Source: a bacterium (GTDB lineage Bacteria > UBA8248). From it: 64,000 nt of DNA. The notes below the pieces were generated by a model, which saw only the letters and a list, made by a program, of their open reading frames with translations, ran no database searches and had not been told where the DNA came from. This document shows, one piece after another, positions 10,109 through 20,454 of the stretch (its first letter is position 1; each line of letters begins with the position of its first letter). The position numbers were made by a program, and so were the translations under genes. The stretch covers positions 3,424,001-3,488,000 of the forward strand of contig OY843592.1 in the NCBI GenBank assembly GCA_963692865.2, given 5' to 3'.

Positions 10109-12010
10109 TCAGTAGCTCCTCAGGTTTTCCGGCTGCGGTTCCCTGGGTACAGCGACATCGCTCTCGCCGGGCACATGATCGACGGACGCGCGAGCCTCAT
10201 CACCCGGAGAACCGACCAAGGGTTCTTGCGGCCCGACCTCGGCGTCTTCCGCCTCATCGGCGAGCGTCGCGCCCTCTCTCGGGACGAAGCTCTCCGCGGT
10301 CTTCGGTCTTTCGACGTAGTCGAGCCGGATCCGGGCCACGGGCCAGGGACCGGGGAACTTGAGGTAACCGTTGAGGTTTTCCAGGCGCATGATCTCGGAG
10401 GGCAGCGCCAGGGGGCGCATCTCGCGGCGCTGTGTGAGCGATACGCCGTCGCGCATCGCGCTCGCGCCGTAGCTTAAGCCCTCCGCGTATTCGGTGACCT
10501 CGCCGCGTCCCAGGCTCTCGGCCGACCAGCGCGCCGTCTCCTGGTCGGGCGCGGCCAGCACCACCCGGGTGCCGCACAGGCCCGATACGGTTTCCGCGCC
10601 GTTTCGCCCATACAAATCGCGCAGGGCGGAGAACACCTGGATCCCCAGCACGAAACACCCACCGAACTGGCGGGACTCGGCGAGCCCGGGTTGTAAGCTC
10701 GGAACCTGGTGGAGGGTGGGAAGCTCGTCGAGCACCACCCAGACACGGCGCTCATCGTCCCGGGCGAGGGATAAGAGCGCGTTCACCGCAATCTCGAGCC
10801 AGGTCGAGATGAGGCCCCTGAGACTCGCGTGCTGGTCCCCGCGCGAGGTCAGGAACAGGAAGCCGGTCTCGCCCTCGCGCTCGACCCATTCCCGGATCGA
10901 AAACGGCTTCCCTGAGTCGGGCAGGCATTCGAGCGCGCCCAGGTAAGCGGTCAGCATGGCCCGCACCGAGAGCGCGGTCTTGGGGTTCTCGGGGTCCACG
11001 ATGGACTGCGCCACCGTGCCCTCCATGGCTTCGGCCAGGGAGGTGAGTTCGGTCTTGAGCAGGTGTTCGACGAGAACGCTGTTTTTGGTGACGCCGCGCT
11101 TCCAGAGGACGCCCGCGCCGTTCGCGAAAAGCTGCCGGGCGGCCGTGACCCAGAAGGGGTCCACCGTGTCCTTCTGCTGGGGGATGAGGGCGGCGGCCAT
11201 CGTGTCGAAGTCCCTGGGCGTCCTGGCTTCCAGGAAGGGGGACCAGCGCGGCGCCCGGGCGTCGAGGGGATTCATCAGGACGTCGCGGGCGGGGTCGAAG
11301 AACGCCCGCGTGTAGCTCCCCATCTTGTCGTAGAGGATGCAGCGCTCGCCCCGCTCCCTTATCTGCGCGACAAGGTCCGAGATCAGGACGGTCTTGCCCG
11401 AACCCGTGGTGCCCGAGACGATGGTGTGCTGCGTCTCGGCCCCGTGCGGCCAGGGGACGCCCGCGATACGGGGTTTGGACTTGCGAGCGGCCGGGAAGAA
11501 TCCTCCCGTCAGGCGGGAGAAGAGAGGCGCAACGCGTCTTGCGAGTACCTGAGCCGAGGTCATCTCGGCGCCCCGCACCCTGTGCGCGCGGGCCATGCGC
11601 CGGCCCAGGAACCAGAAGATGAGCGCGAACAGGGCCACGCCGCCCAGACCGATCCAGAGGCCCAGCCAGGCCTTTTTATGGACGGTATCGAGCATGCGTC
11701 TCCTGATCCGCTCGATCCTGGGATCGCTTGCGATGAGAGAGATCCGCTCCAGCGTCCGCTCGCCCGCGCGCCACTCGTATGTCTGGAGCGAATCAGGGTC
11801 GTATTTCAGGGCGAGCTTGAACTCGGCGAGGGTCTCCAGGCCAATGACGCGCCATTCATGGGCGCTCGTCGTCGTGAAGAGGCTCACCGCAGGGGTCAGG
11901 ACGATGCTCAGTACGAGTCCCAGAATCCCCCAGCGCGCGAGCTGGCCCCACATGCGGGCGTCGTGAAGCAGGGTCTGGCCGCCCCGCAGGGTGGCGTTTC
12001 CAATGGTCAT
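10109..12010 (-). CDS. traD: Type IV coupling protein TraD
   Basis: Two N-terminal TM segments, GTTGSGKT Walker A, LDELPTL Walker B, ESRQFGG. Confidence 0.93.
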   Translation of the reverse strand: MTIGNATLRGGQTLLHDARMWGQLARWGILGLVLSIVLTPAVSLFTTTSAHEWRVIGLETLAEFKLALKYDPDSLQTYEWRAGERTLERISLIASDPRIERIRRRMLDTVHKKAWLGLWIGLGGVALFALIFWFLGRRMARAHRVRGAEMTSAQVLARRVAPLFSRLTGGFFPAARKSKPRIAGVPWPHGAETQHTIVSGTTGSGKTVLISDLVAQIRERGERCILYDKMGSYTRAFFDPARDVLMNPLDARAPRWSPFLEARTPRDFDTMAAALIPQQKDTVDPFWVTAARQLFANGAGVLWKRGVTKNSVLVEHLLKTELTSLAEAMEGTVAQSIVDPENPKTALSVRAMLTAYLGALECLPDSGKPFSIREWVEREGETGFLFLTSRGDQHASLRGLISTWLEIAVNALLSLARDDERRVWVVLDELPTLHQVPSLQPGLAESRQFGGCFVLGIQVFSALRDLYGRNGAETVSGLCGTRVVLAAPDQETARWSAESLGRGEVTEYAEGLSYGASAMRDGVSLTQRREMRPLALPSEIMRLENLNGYLKFPGPWPVARIRLDYVERPKTAESFVPREGATLADEAEDAEVGPQEPLVGSPGDEARASVDHVPGESDVAVPREPQPENLRSY

Positions 12011-12174
12011 GCGATTCTCCCTTCATGGTTTGATGAATGGCGGCGCTCCCGGCGTCTCCGCCCTGCGAAGCGTCACGTTGAGGCCGAGGAGGGGAGAGCG
12101 TAGAGCGCGGGAGCGGAACGGAGAGGGAGTACGCGCCCGTTGCCCATTGACGCCCGATCCGGGAGGAACGACCC

Positions 12175-12522
12175 ATGACGAAACGAAAACCATCCAAGGC
12201 GGCGCGGGCAATCGTCCTCGGCGGACCCGCCCTGGCGCTTCTCTTCACCCTGTACGTCCTTGTGAGTGGGAGCGGCGCCCGCCTTTTGTTCGCCGTCTGG
12301 TTCTGTGCCGTCTCCTGGACCTTTCTCGCGGCGCTCGCGGGCGCCCTGTGGCGGGCATTCCTGGGGGATCGTTCCGCCTTCACCGGCTACGAGCTCCCCG
12401 AGGGGGACGGCGACCGCTTCGACTGGGCCACCCGCACGGGCCGCTACGCCTGGCGCCGGGAATACGAGGAAGGTGAACTCCACGTCCATGACGACTATCC
12501 CGGTCACGGACCCATCACCTGA
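12175..12522 (+). CDS. Small two-TM membrane protein, candidate entry-exclusion factor
   Basis: GGGAGG RBS, two hydrophobic segments, convergent with and overlapping the traG 3' end. Confidence 0.55.
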   Translation: MTKRKPSKAARAIVLGGPALALLFTLYVLVSGSGARLLFAVWFCAVSWTFLAALAGALWRAFLGDRSAFTGYELPEGDGDRFDWATRTGRYAWRREYEEGELHVHDDYPGHGPIT

Positions 12523-15413
12523 TCGCCTGAAAACCCGCTTCCGCCTCCGCCTTGATTCTCTTTCTTCTTCTCATCCCCTCCGGGCGTCGCGTTCCGCGCG
12601 GTGCCGTAAAGTTTCCCGCCCAGCCATTCGCCGACGAGCGGGACCTCTCCCGCAACATGTTCCCCGAAGGGTTTGTCGGTCTCCGCCGCGATTTGAGGAC
12701 GCCCCTCCCCGATTCGCTGCCCCGTCACTCCCCTGCGGGCCGCCCGTCCGGCCTCGCGGATGTCGAGTTCTGTCTCGATCTCCGCACGCCCGCGCGCAGC
12801 CCGTTCACCGACGTCCCCCGGCGTCCCGGCGCCGCGCGCGCGTTCGCGCACCGATCCCGACCAGTCCGACCAGGCGGTCGTCGCAGCTCCGGCGCCCGTT
12901 TCGTGCAGCCTCTCTTTTGCCTGTTCGTATTCGGAACGTCCGGGCGCAGGTTCTGGCCCTCCGCTTACCGGAAAACGCTCGGCGATGAAGGCGGCGGCGT
13001 GGGCGCGCAAAACTTCCGCGTCTTCGGCCGACCGGGGCGAGGCCAGGCGCATCGCGCCGGCAGCGCCGATCTCGCGCCCGTCGGCGCCCGTTCTTGCACT
13101 GAGCCATTCGAAGAAGGGCTGGCCGAGTTCGCTCTCGACGGCACGGGAGTTGCCGCGCACCTCCGCCGCCTGGCTCGACCAGCTCTCGGCTTCGCGCCTG
13201 CTCGCCGCTTCCTGCTCGGAGAAGCGGCGCATGCGCGTCAGGTTCGCTCCGAAACTCTCATCCAGGCTCTTCATTTCACTCTCGCCCGAAGCGGTGGCGT
13301 AGCGCCTCGACGCGTCCGACACACGCGACCAGAGGTCGAGCAGTCCGTGCTGGCCCGCGTAGTCGGTCATCCGGTTCCATGCCTCGCGACCGATGGTCTG
13401 TCCCCGCCAGCTCGCCGAGCCGTCCGCTCCGAACCTGACGATGAAGTCGAATCCCCCGCCCATCCTGGCCTCGCCCGTGAGGACGGCGGCCTGCTCCTTC
13501 GTGATGCCGCCGGCCTGGGAGAGTTTTTCGAGGTGGGATTCGAGGCTCTGCGCGCCCCGGTTCTCGCTCTCCGTCACCCCCCGCGCGTGCGTGAGGCCGC
13601 TCCGGACATCCTGTGAGAAACGCTCGACCATGGCCGCCGAATCGGTCGCGGCGGCGGTTCTGGCCGCGGCGGCCTCGGCCGACCATTGATGCGCCTGCTC
13701 GACGGCCGCGCCCGCCCGGACCTCGTGGCTCTCCGCCAGGGACTCGGAGAGCCGGACGCCCGCCGCCGGAATCCGGCTCGTGGCGGAACCTGCGTCCATC
13801 ACGGCGGCGCCCTCTCCGGTCACGGTGTAGGCGGCGCCCCCCGGTGCGAAGCCCGTGTAGCGGCCCGTATCGACGTGCGGCGAGGTCTGGAGCCTGTATC
13901 CCTCGACCGACGCGAAGCGGTGCGTGTCCACGCCGGTGTTTCCGAGCGAGATGTTGCCCGTCGCGCCCTCCTGCGCAGCCGAGGAGGCGGCGTCCTGTCC
14001 GACCGAGAGGACCGAAGTGGCGAGCGAGGTCGCCCGGCCCACCCCGTAGGCGAGGGCGGCGGCGAGGAATGGCACCGACATCGAGAGGTAGCCCGACATC
14101 ACCGCCACGTCGGCGGCCACGGCCCTTATCCCCGCCTGGGCGATGAGCGATACCCCAACGTCGCCTCCCGGCATGAGCGCGCCCGCGCTCATGCGCGCCG
14201 CCGCCTCGCCCATGGCGACCCGGTGGAGGATCGCGTAGAGCGGGCCCCAGCTCTGCAGCCAGACGAGGCCCGAGAAGTAGGAGCGGAATATCGCCCCGCC
14301 CGCAGGCGTCAGCATCAACAGGACCGCCATCGGGAACGCTCCCACGTAGAGGCACTCGAAAACGACCCGAAGCATCGGCACCCAGGTCTCCGCCTGCCTG
14401 CCGATCGCCCGGTAGGCCGAGACGGTCTGGGCCTCGGCCCTGGCCTCGGTGTATGCCCTGAGCGCGGCGGCGTTTCCGGCTTCCGCGCTCCACTGCTCGC
14501 CCGCGTCGTGCATGGCGTTCAGTACCATCTGCTGGCGCAGGACGTCGGCAGCACTTCTAGAGGCCCCGATCAGGTAGTCGTGCGCGGCCGGGAGCGCGGC
14601 CATGAGTTCGGCCCGCGCGAGCGCCTCGCTCGCGGCCCCCGGGAAGAGCCGCATCCCGAAGACGCCCGAGGCGCGCGTGATCTCGGCCCCCCAGAGGGCG
14701 TCCAGGCTCGATGCGGCCGTGGCGCAGGTCACGATCTCCCGGTCCAGCGTCGTGGCGCCCGTGCCCGAGGTTGCGCCCCGGGTCACGTATTCGACCATTC
14801 GCGCCGGCGATGCGCCCGCCGAGGGCGAACCCGAAGCGGTGACGAGCGCCCAGAGGTCCGTGCTCTCCCTCAGGTCATCCGCCGATATGTGGCCCAGGAG
14901 CAGGGCGTGGAACACGCACTGGCGCGCGTAGGCCCGGAGGTTCCTTCCAAAGACGGCGTCGGTCACCTCCATCCTCGTCACGGCGGCCGCGAGCCTGGAA
15001 CCGAAAATGAGCCCGTGCCTGCGGTAGGCGAGGTCGGCCGGGAGGGCGAAGGCCTGTTCGGTCAGGCGCGTGAGCCCGTCCCCCACCCGGCTCGTGAGCG
15101 AGGCGAAGAGCGCCAGGCCCAGCGGCACGTTCGCAACGACCGCCGGCGCCAGGGCGGGGTCGAGCCGGTCCACCACCCGCACCGTCCCTTTCGGGACCAC
15201 CAGCGCGCCCCAGACGCAGACGAACAGCAGCAGCCACTTCGCGTTGTCCTTCCACGACCCCCCGAATGCGGTGCGGAACAGCGCCCATGCGAGTCCCGCG
15301 GCGCCCGCGATCTGGGCGAGCGTCACGAAGGCGCCGCCTCCCGTGATGGCGGCGACGGCGTTCAGGAGGTCGACCAGGTAGGTCCCGCCGCCCAGGGTGA
15401 ATATCTCGTACAT
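12504..15413 (-). CDS. traG: Mating-pair stabilisation protein TraG (F-type)
   Basis: MYEIFTLGGG start, VPLGLA, WLQSWGPLYAILH; follows traH. Confidence 0.9.
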   Translation of the reverse strand: MYEIFTLGGGTYLVDLLNAVAAITGGGAFVTLAQIAGAAGLAWALFRTAFGGSWKDNAKWLLLFVCVWGALVVPKGTVRVVDRLDPALAPAVVANVPLGLALFASLTSRVGDGLTRLTEQAFALPADLAYRRHGLIFGSRLAAAVTRMEVTDAVFGRNLRAYARQCVFHALLLGHISADDLRESTDLWALVTASGSPSAGASPARMVEYVTRGATSGTGATTLDREIVTCATAASSLDALWGAEITRASGVFGMRLFPGAASEALARAELMAALPAAHDYLIGASRSAADVLRQQMVLNAMHDAGEQWSAEAGNAAALRAYTEARAEAQTVSAYRAIGRQAETWVPMLRVVFECLYVGAFPMAVLLMLTPAGGAIFRSYFSGLVWLQSWGPLYAILHRVAMGEAAARMSAGALMPGGDVGVSLIAQAGIRAVAADVAVMSGYLSMSVPFLAAALAYGVGRATSLATSVLSVGQDAASSAAQEGATGNISLGNTGVDTHRFASVEGYRLQTSPHVDTGRYTGFAPGGAAYTVTGEGAAVMDAGSATSRIPAAGVRLSESLAESHEVRAGAAVEQAHQWSAEAAAARTAAATDSAAMVERFSQDVRSGLTHARGVTESENRGAQSLESHLEKLSQAGGITKEQAAVLTGEARMGGGFDFIVRFGADGSASWRGQTIGREAWNRMTDYAGQHGLLDLWSRVSDASRRYATASGESEMKSLDESFGANLTRMRRFSEQEAASRREAESWSSQAAEVRGNSRAVESELGQPFFEWLSARTGADGREIGAAGAMRLASPRSAEDAEVLRAHAAAFIAERFPVSGGPEPAPGRSEYEQAKERLHETGAGAATTAWSDWSGSVRERARGAGTPGDVGERAARGRAEIETELDIREAGRAARRGVTGQRIGEGRPQIAAETDKPFGEHVAGEVPLVGEWLGGKLYGTARNATPGGDEKKKENQGGGGSGFSGDQVMGP

Positions 15414-15424
15414 GGATGTTTTTC

Positions 15425-16837
15425 CTAGCGCGAGCCCGCTGCGCCGCGCGAGAAGGCGAGCGCCGCGCGCAGGTCGGCGGAGAGCGCACCGCTGAGTTCG
15501 GTCTCGATGAGACGGAGTTTCTCGACCACCGCCAGGGCGGTGTTGAACCGTTCGAGGCCCTCGCCGCGGTGACGCGCGAGGGCGGCCCGGTTCCTGCGCA
15601 GCCCCTCGCGCCAGCGCGTGAGCCGCTCGCCGTCCGCGACGTCCATGGATCCGGCGCGCTCCTCGACCGTGCGGTGAAGGTCCGATATCCAGACCTGGAG
15701 CACGTCGAGCGCCACGGCCTCGGCCAGCGCGTCCACCTCCTGCTCCACCACGGCGCCGCGGTAGGCGGCGGCCGCGTTCACGAGCCGGTAGACCGGAAGC
15801 GTCGTGAGGTTCACGAGTCCCAGGGCGTCGGGCGGAGGCGCCGTGTCCGTCCGCACCGCGTCGACGAGTCGGCGGAGCAGTTCCGCGACCCGGTTCCGGA
15901 ATCCCCGCGCCGCCGGCACCGTGAGGCGTCCGAGCGTGGGGTTGAGACACTCGACGGGAGTGTCGCAGCGGTAGACGGGCAGGTCTCCGCCCCCTTCCAT
16001 GAGGACCTCGGTCACGCGGCGGTCGAGCGCCAGGGGTTCGAGCACGCGCACGCGGGGACCTGCGGAGTCCGCGTCCGATACCGGGGCCGTCACGATGACG
16101 GAGCCGGATACGGACATGGCGAATTCGCCGAGGTCCCGGTCAGACGCCAGGAAACCCGAGGCTCTGACCGCGCGCCAGGCGTAGTTCACGTTGACCGGCG
16201 CCTGTTCCTTGAGCGGCCCCGTAGCGGCCGCCAGCGTCGAATTGCGTTTCCCGTCCGCGCCGCAGCCATGTCGCGCGGCCGCGTAGTCCGAAAAAATGCC
16301 CTGCCGCGTCCCGATCGCGGCGCAGATGGCGGCGCTCGCCCGGTCGTTCTTCGACCAGACGGCGCCGACGAGCGCCTGGGCGGTCTCGCAGGAGTTCAGG
16401 TTCTGGTTGTTCACCCACTGGGCGAGCGCCCGCAGCTTGGACATCGTCTCTGCGATCACGGGCGAGATGGTCTCGAGCGCGAGTTCGAAGGCGAAGCCCG
16501 CCGCGTTCTGCGCCACGGCGCGGGCGAAGGCGATCATCTGGTCGGAATCGATGAAGGAAAACGCGCCGGCGAACGCGTCGATGCCGCCGCAGCCGGCCCG
16601 CCAGGAGGGCAGGCTCATCGTGGCGATCGATTCGGACCGCACGGGCGCGCGCAGGTACAAATTACCGAGCGTCCAGTGGCCCGACGCCTGGCCCTGGAAG
16701 GCCGTGGGCCCGGTGGTGTTCACCGCCGCGCCCCGCCAGAAGTTCTCCATCTCGGAGAGGATGTCCGCGCGCGCGGGGGCGGCGATGAGGAGGGCGAGGA
16801 CCAGGGCGAGCCTCGGGATTTTTCGGATGATTGTCAT
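15425..16837 (-). CDS. traH: Pilus assembly protein TraH
   Basis: Signal peptide, AGCGGIDAFAGAFSFI, NSCETAQ. Confidence 0.92.
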   Translation of the reverse strand: MTIIRKIPRLALVLALLIAAPARADILSEMENFWRGAAVNTTGPTAFQGQASGHWTLGNLYLRAPVRSESIATMSLPSWRAGCGGIDAFAGAFSFIDSDQMIAFARAVAQNAAGFAFELALETISPVIAETMSKLRALAQWVNNQNLNSCETAQALVGAVWSKNDRASAAICAAIGTRQGIFSDYAAARHGCGADGKRNSTLAAATGPLKEQAPVNVNYAWRAVRASGFLASDRDLGEFAMSVSGSVIVTAPVSDADSAGPRVRVLEPLALDRRVTEVLMEGGGDLPVYRCDTPVECLNPTLGRLTVPAARGFRNRVAELLRRLVDAVRTDTAPPPDALGLVNLTTLPVYRLVNAAAAYRGAVVEQEVDALAEAVALDVLQVWISDLHRTVEERAGSMDVADGERLTRWREGLRRNRAALARHRGEGLERFNTALAVVEKLRLIETELSGALSADLRAALAFSRGAAGSR

Positions 16838-16841
16838 TCGT

Positions 16842-17639
16842 CTAGTAGTCACTACCGACCTCCCTGGCGGTGAGCGCGAAGATGCGCTCGGCCAGCTGGT
16901 CCTCGGCGACGACGCCGTACGAGACCGGAATTGCCCGGCGGGTCCGCGTGTCGTAGAGGACGACGGCCGGCAGGACACGGGCCTTTATGCCCAGCCTCGC
17001 GGCGTGTCCCTGATCGGGGACCGCTTCGGGCCAGCCTTCGAGCGGCCCGCCGGTCATCGAGACCGCGAGCACTTCGATCCCGTGACGGAGCGCGAAGGCG
17101 CGAAGGAGGGGCCCGAAGACGCGGCAGCCGGGACACTGCTCCGAGCCCAGGTAGATCAGGCCGTAGCGCTCGCCGAGTCCTTGCAGGACGCCCTCGCGCT
17201 CCGCCCGGCGTTCTTCGGTCCATAGCCTCTTGGCGAGCGCGCCCACCGGGCGTTTCAGGGTGTAGTCGAGAGCCGGGTTCGCCCAGACGGCGCGCCGGAA
17301 GGCGTCCGAGAAGTTCGCCGCGCTCTGCAGCGCCTCCTGCTGGAGGCGAAGGTAGGCCGAGACGTTCTCGGTAGTCGGATCGAGGACAGCCCGCGCGCGG
17401 GCGTCTTCGAGCGCCTTGCGCATCGTCTCGATGCGCTCGGTGGCGCTTGGGAGCTGCGGCGCCTTCGTCGCCTTCGCTTCGTCTCCAGTTTCCTCCTCGA
17501 TGCGGTCGCAATAGAAGTGCCAGCCGAGGGGGGAGGACGCCTCAGCACCACACCAGGAGCGCCATTCCCGCGCTTCGGCGGAGGCAACGGAGAAGACGTA
17601 AATCAGGCAGGCGAGTATGAGTGCATATGAGTTGATCAT
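16842..17639 (-). CDS. traF: Pilus assembly protein TraF (thioredoxin-like)
   Basis: GWHFYC, AVLDPTTENV, CPGC, AVSMTGG. Confidence 0.9.
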   Translation of the reverse strand: MINSYALILACLIYVFSVASAEAREWRSWCGAEASSPLGWHFYCDRIEEETGDEAKATKAPQLPSATERIETMRKALEDARARAVLDPTTENVSAYLRLQQEALQSAANFSDAFRRAVWANPALDYTLKRPVGALAKRLWTEERRAEREGVLQGLGERYGLIYLGSEQCPGCRVFGPLLRAFALRHGIEVLAVSMTGGPLEGWPEAVPDQGHAARLGIKARVLPAVVLYDTRTRRAIPVSYGVVAEDQLAERIFALTAREVGSDY

Positions 17640-17649
17640 GGCCTCCCCC

Positions 17650-18720
17650 TCACTCGTTTCTCGTATAGAAATCGCGGATCCGCTCTCTCATCACGGTGCC
17701 GGTATCCCCGGAGTCGGGGAGCGCGATGGATGGTTCGTGCGAGCCGTCCATGAGGTTTTCGGTGAACTCCGACAAATCCACGGCCTCGAAGTCGATCCGT
17801 TCCATCTCCGAGACGGTGAAGCCGCGGCAGCTGCCCCAGCCGATGCCGAGCTGCGACCGCGCCGCCTCCTGAAGGATGCGGCCGAGCTTGGAGCCGAAGA
17901 CGCACCAGACCCGCTCCCTGCGGACGCAGACGCCGAATATGCGCTTCGCGCAACGCGTGCCCAGGTAGTGCGTTTTCCCGGCGTGGCGCTCCTGCGCCAG
18001 GAGGCGCTCGGACTCCGTGCAATTGCCGAGACCGATGAGGAGGCCCGAGTTCTTGCAGCAGTTCGCCAGTCCGCCCCACCTGATCCGGCACGATCTGCGC
18101 TCGCCCCGGAAGAACAGCAGGTTTCCGCGGTCGAATTCCTCGCCGCCGAGTTCGAGCACCATGTTGAGCCTGGCCGCCGCGCCCACGAAGCCGGTGTTCG
18201 CCTGTGAGGATCTGGTTTCGCAGTCCGCGCCCACGCACCAGGCGACAGAGCCGCAGGAACCGCCCGATTCGGCTTGGTCGAGTCCCGCGCCGCAATCCGT
18301 CACGGACCCCGACGCCAGGCCCGAGGCGCCGAAGCGGGAAGCGCCGGGGTCGCCCTGTATCTCCTCGCCGCGCACAGGTACCGGATCGTTCGTCCCGACC
18401 GACGCTTCAGGACGCGCGGTCGTCCCATCGATCACGGCGCGCCCGGCGCGTCCACCGGGATCTCCGGGATCGGCGAGCGCACGGGCAGCGGCGTTTTCCA
18501 GATCGGCCGCGCCCAGGTTCCGCTCGGGCCGGTTCGTTCCCGCGTAGCCCGGCACCCCGGATGCCGAAGCGGGGTCCCTCGCAACGGCGGCGGCCGCCGA
18601 CCGGCCCGCGCTGCCCATCGCGCGTGCGGCCGCCTTGGGGTCTTCGGCCAAGGCGTCGGTGATACTCAAGTGAGCGAAGAGAAAAAGGATGACCGTTCTC
18701 AGCCATAAATTCCGATTCAT
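17650..18720 (-). CDS. traN: Mating-pair stabilisation protein TraN (short form)
   Basis: Cys-rich C-terminus NCCK...WCVFGSKLGRILQE...CRGFT...IDF. Confidence 0.85.
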   Translation of the reverse strand: MNRNLWLRTVILFLFAHLSITDALAEDPKAAARAMGSAGRSAAAAVARDPASASGVPGYAGTNRPERNLGAADLENAAARALADPGDPGGRAGRAVIDGTTARPEASVGTNDPVPVRGEEIQGDPGASRFGASGLASGSVTDCGAGLDQAESGGSCGSVAWCVGADCETRSSQANTGFVGAAARLNMVLELGGEEFDRGNLLFFRGERRSCRIRWGGLANCCKNSGLLIGLGNCTESERLLAQERHAGKTHYLGTRCAKRIFGVCVRRERVWCVFGSKLGRILQEAARSQLGIGWGSCRGFTVSEMERIDFEAVDLSEFTENLMDGSHEPSIALPDSGDTGTVMRERIRDFYTRNE

Positions 18721-19442
18721 GGGTGTTCCCCTTTGAGTTTCCCGAGATGACGCCGCGCCGTCCCACGGCCCGGTCCGCCTTCCCCGGCGACGATCCGGAG
18801 CGCGGCTTCGAGACCGATGTTTCCCCGGACAAGATCGTGGGCCGGCGCGGGGTCCGCCGAACAACCCCGGCTCTCACAAGGCGGGACACCTCCCGGGACG
18901 ACGGCGACGGCCGGGACCGCCTTGACCTCGAAGAGCCGGAAAAGGCGCGGGTCGATCGCCGCGCCCGCGCCTTCGGCGAGATGCGCCCCGATATGCTTCA
19001 CCGTGGCCTTGAGTCCGCCCCGTGCGACGCCGCGCAGCACCAGCGGCGCGCCGATCCGCGCCGCCTCCCGGCTCCACTGCCGCAGGCTCGCGCCAGGGAC
19101 GGACAAGCTCATGAAGACGATGATCTCGGGACCTCGTGGAGGTTCGGAGAGCCTGCCCGCCAGGCGGCCGGCCTGATCCTCAGTCGGGAGGGGAGTGGAT
19201 GTTTCGGGGGCGTTTTTCCGCGCGCGACCGAGCGCGCGCTCCAGTACCGAGCGCGACCAGGAGCCGAGGTCCCCTGGTGGGGATTTCTCTTCATTCCCGA
19301 GGACGTGCTCCACGATCTCTTTCGCAGCCTCCAAGGGCTTCTCCTGGGAGTCGGCCGGAGCGGCCCACCCCAAATAAAAGAGGGCGCAGGAAAGCAAGGC
19401 CAGGGCTACGGTTATGGTTTGATGAATCGAATGTTTGCCCAT
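18717..19442 (-). CDS. trbC: Pilin assembly protein TrbC (F-type)
   Basis: VFMSLSVP, LVLRG, IDPRLF..F.V.AVP. Confidence 0.88.
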   Translation of the reverse strand: MGKHSIHQTITVALALLSCALFYLGWAAPADSQEKPLEAAKEIVEHVLGNEEKSPPGDLGSWSRSVLERALGRARKNAPETSTPLPTEDQAGRLAGRLSEPPRGPEIIVFMSLSVPGASLRQWSREAARIGAPLVLRGVARGGLKATVKHIGAHLAEGAGAAIDPRLFRLFEVKAVPAVAVVPGGVPPCESRGCSADPAPAHDLVRGNIGLEAALRIVAGEGGPGRGTARRHLGKLKGEHP

Positions 19443-19452
19443 ATTACGTTCC

Positions 19453-20454
19453 TTAGAGGAGGCAGCAGTTGCGCTTGCGCCAGAGCAGGTACCCGAAATT
19501 CTCCCCCGCGACGGGAAGCTCGCGGAGCGTCTCCCAAAGCACGGTGGAGCGGCCCGTGGGGTTGCACCCGGTGAGCGCCGATGTGGCGGGAACCGGCTGC
19601 GTCATCTGCCAGCGGTACTGAGATTTCTTCATGATCGGCATGGGATAGCGGCCGCACAGGGCGGCGGAACCCGACGTGCCCCACGCGAGCAGGGTCCGGT
19701 GCAGGCGGAAGACCAGACGTTGCGCGGCGAGCAGCGATGCCTGCACCCCTCCCACGTGCGCGCCCACGTTCCCCGTCAGGGGATACATCGAGCCCTGACA
19801 GCCCGCGCACCAGTACAAGGGATCGAGCGGGAGTCCCGCGGACGCCGCCGCGCAGTCCGCGGCGCACGCCGCCTGGGCGGGGAGATCCGCGAAGAGCGCG
19901 GCTTCGGGGTTCAGCAGGAAAGACAGCTCGTCGTCGCGCCAGGTCGGATCGAGTTCCGATATCCAGGCGATGTCGAGTCCGCCCCCTTCAAGGCAGCCCA
20001 GGTCCAGCAGCGCTCCTATCCACGAGAGCAGCGGATACACGTAGTAGTGGACGTGCCAGGTGGAGCCCTGAGCGCCGTCACCGCCGGATGCGCCCGTGCG
20101 CCCGCGTCCGGCGGGAAGCCCCCCGTCGATGGTGAGACCGCCCAGGTTCGGGAAACACCAGGGCGCCCGGCTCGCGTCGATCAGGCGCGCGGGTTCCCAG
20201 ACGCCGAGCGAGAGGCCGATCCGGGGGATCGGACTCCCGCAGAAACAGATAGGGGACCCCGGGTTGGGCGTGTCCGGCGCGCCCGCCGCGCTCCCGATAC
20301 GGATCGGCCCTATCGATATCGGAAACAAACACTCCCAGCACACGTCCGTCACGGGGTTCACGAAACGACCGGTGCACGATTGCGCGGAGACGCTCTTTGT
20401 CGTGAGGACGCAGAAGAGAAGGATGATTGAAATGGCAAGAATCAAGCACCTCAT
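19453..20454 (-). CDS. traU: Pilus assembly protein TraU
   Basis: CTGRFVNPVTDVCWECLFP, WEP, SELDPTW, WRKRNCC. Confidence 0.94.
   Translation of the reverse strand: MRCLILAISIILLFCVLTTKSVSAQSCTGRFVNPVTDVCWECLFPISIGPIRIGSAAGAPDTPNPGSPICFCGSPIPRIGLSLGVWEPARLIDASRAPWCFPNLGGLTIDGGLPAGRGRTGASGGDGAQGSTWHVHYYVYPLLSWIGALLDLGCLEGGGLDIAWISELDPTWRDDELSFLLNPEAALFADLPAQAACAADCAAASAGLPLDPLYWCAGCQGSMYPLTGNVGAHVGGVQASLLAAQRLVFRLHRTLLAWGTSGSAALCGRYPMPIMKKSQYRWQMTQPVPATSALTGCNPTGRSTVLWETLRELPVAGENFGYLLWRKRNCCLL

Noticed and set aside
15414-15950. N-terminal extension making TraG 1148 aa (likewise extended ORF calls for TraW, TraV, TraA and the primase)
   Set aside because: The extensions overlap upstream genes in another frame and are low-complexity Arg/Gly/Pro; family-typical starts lie downstream.
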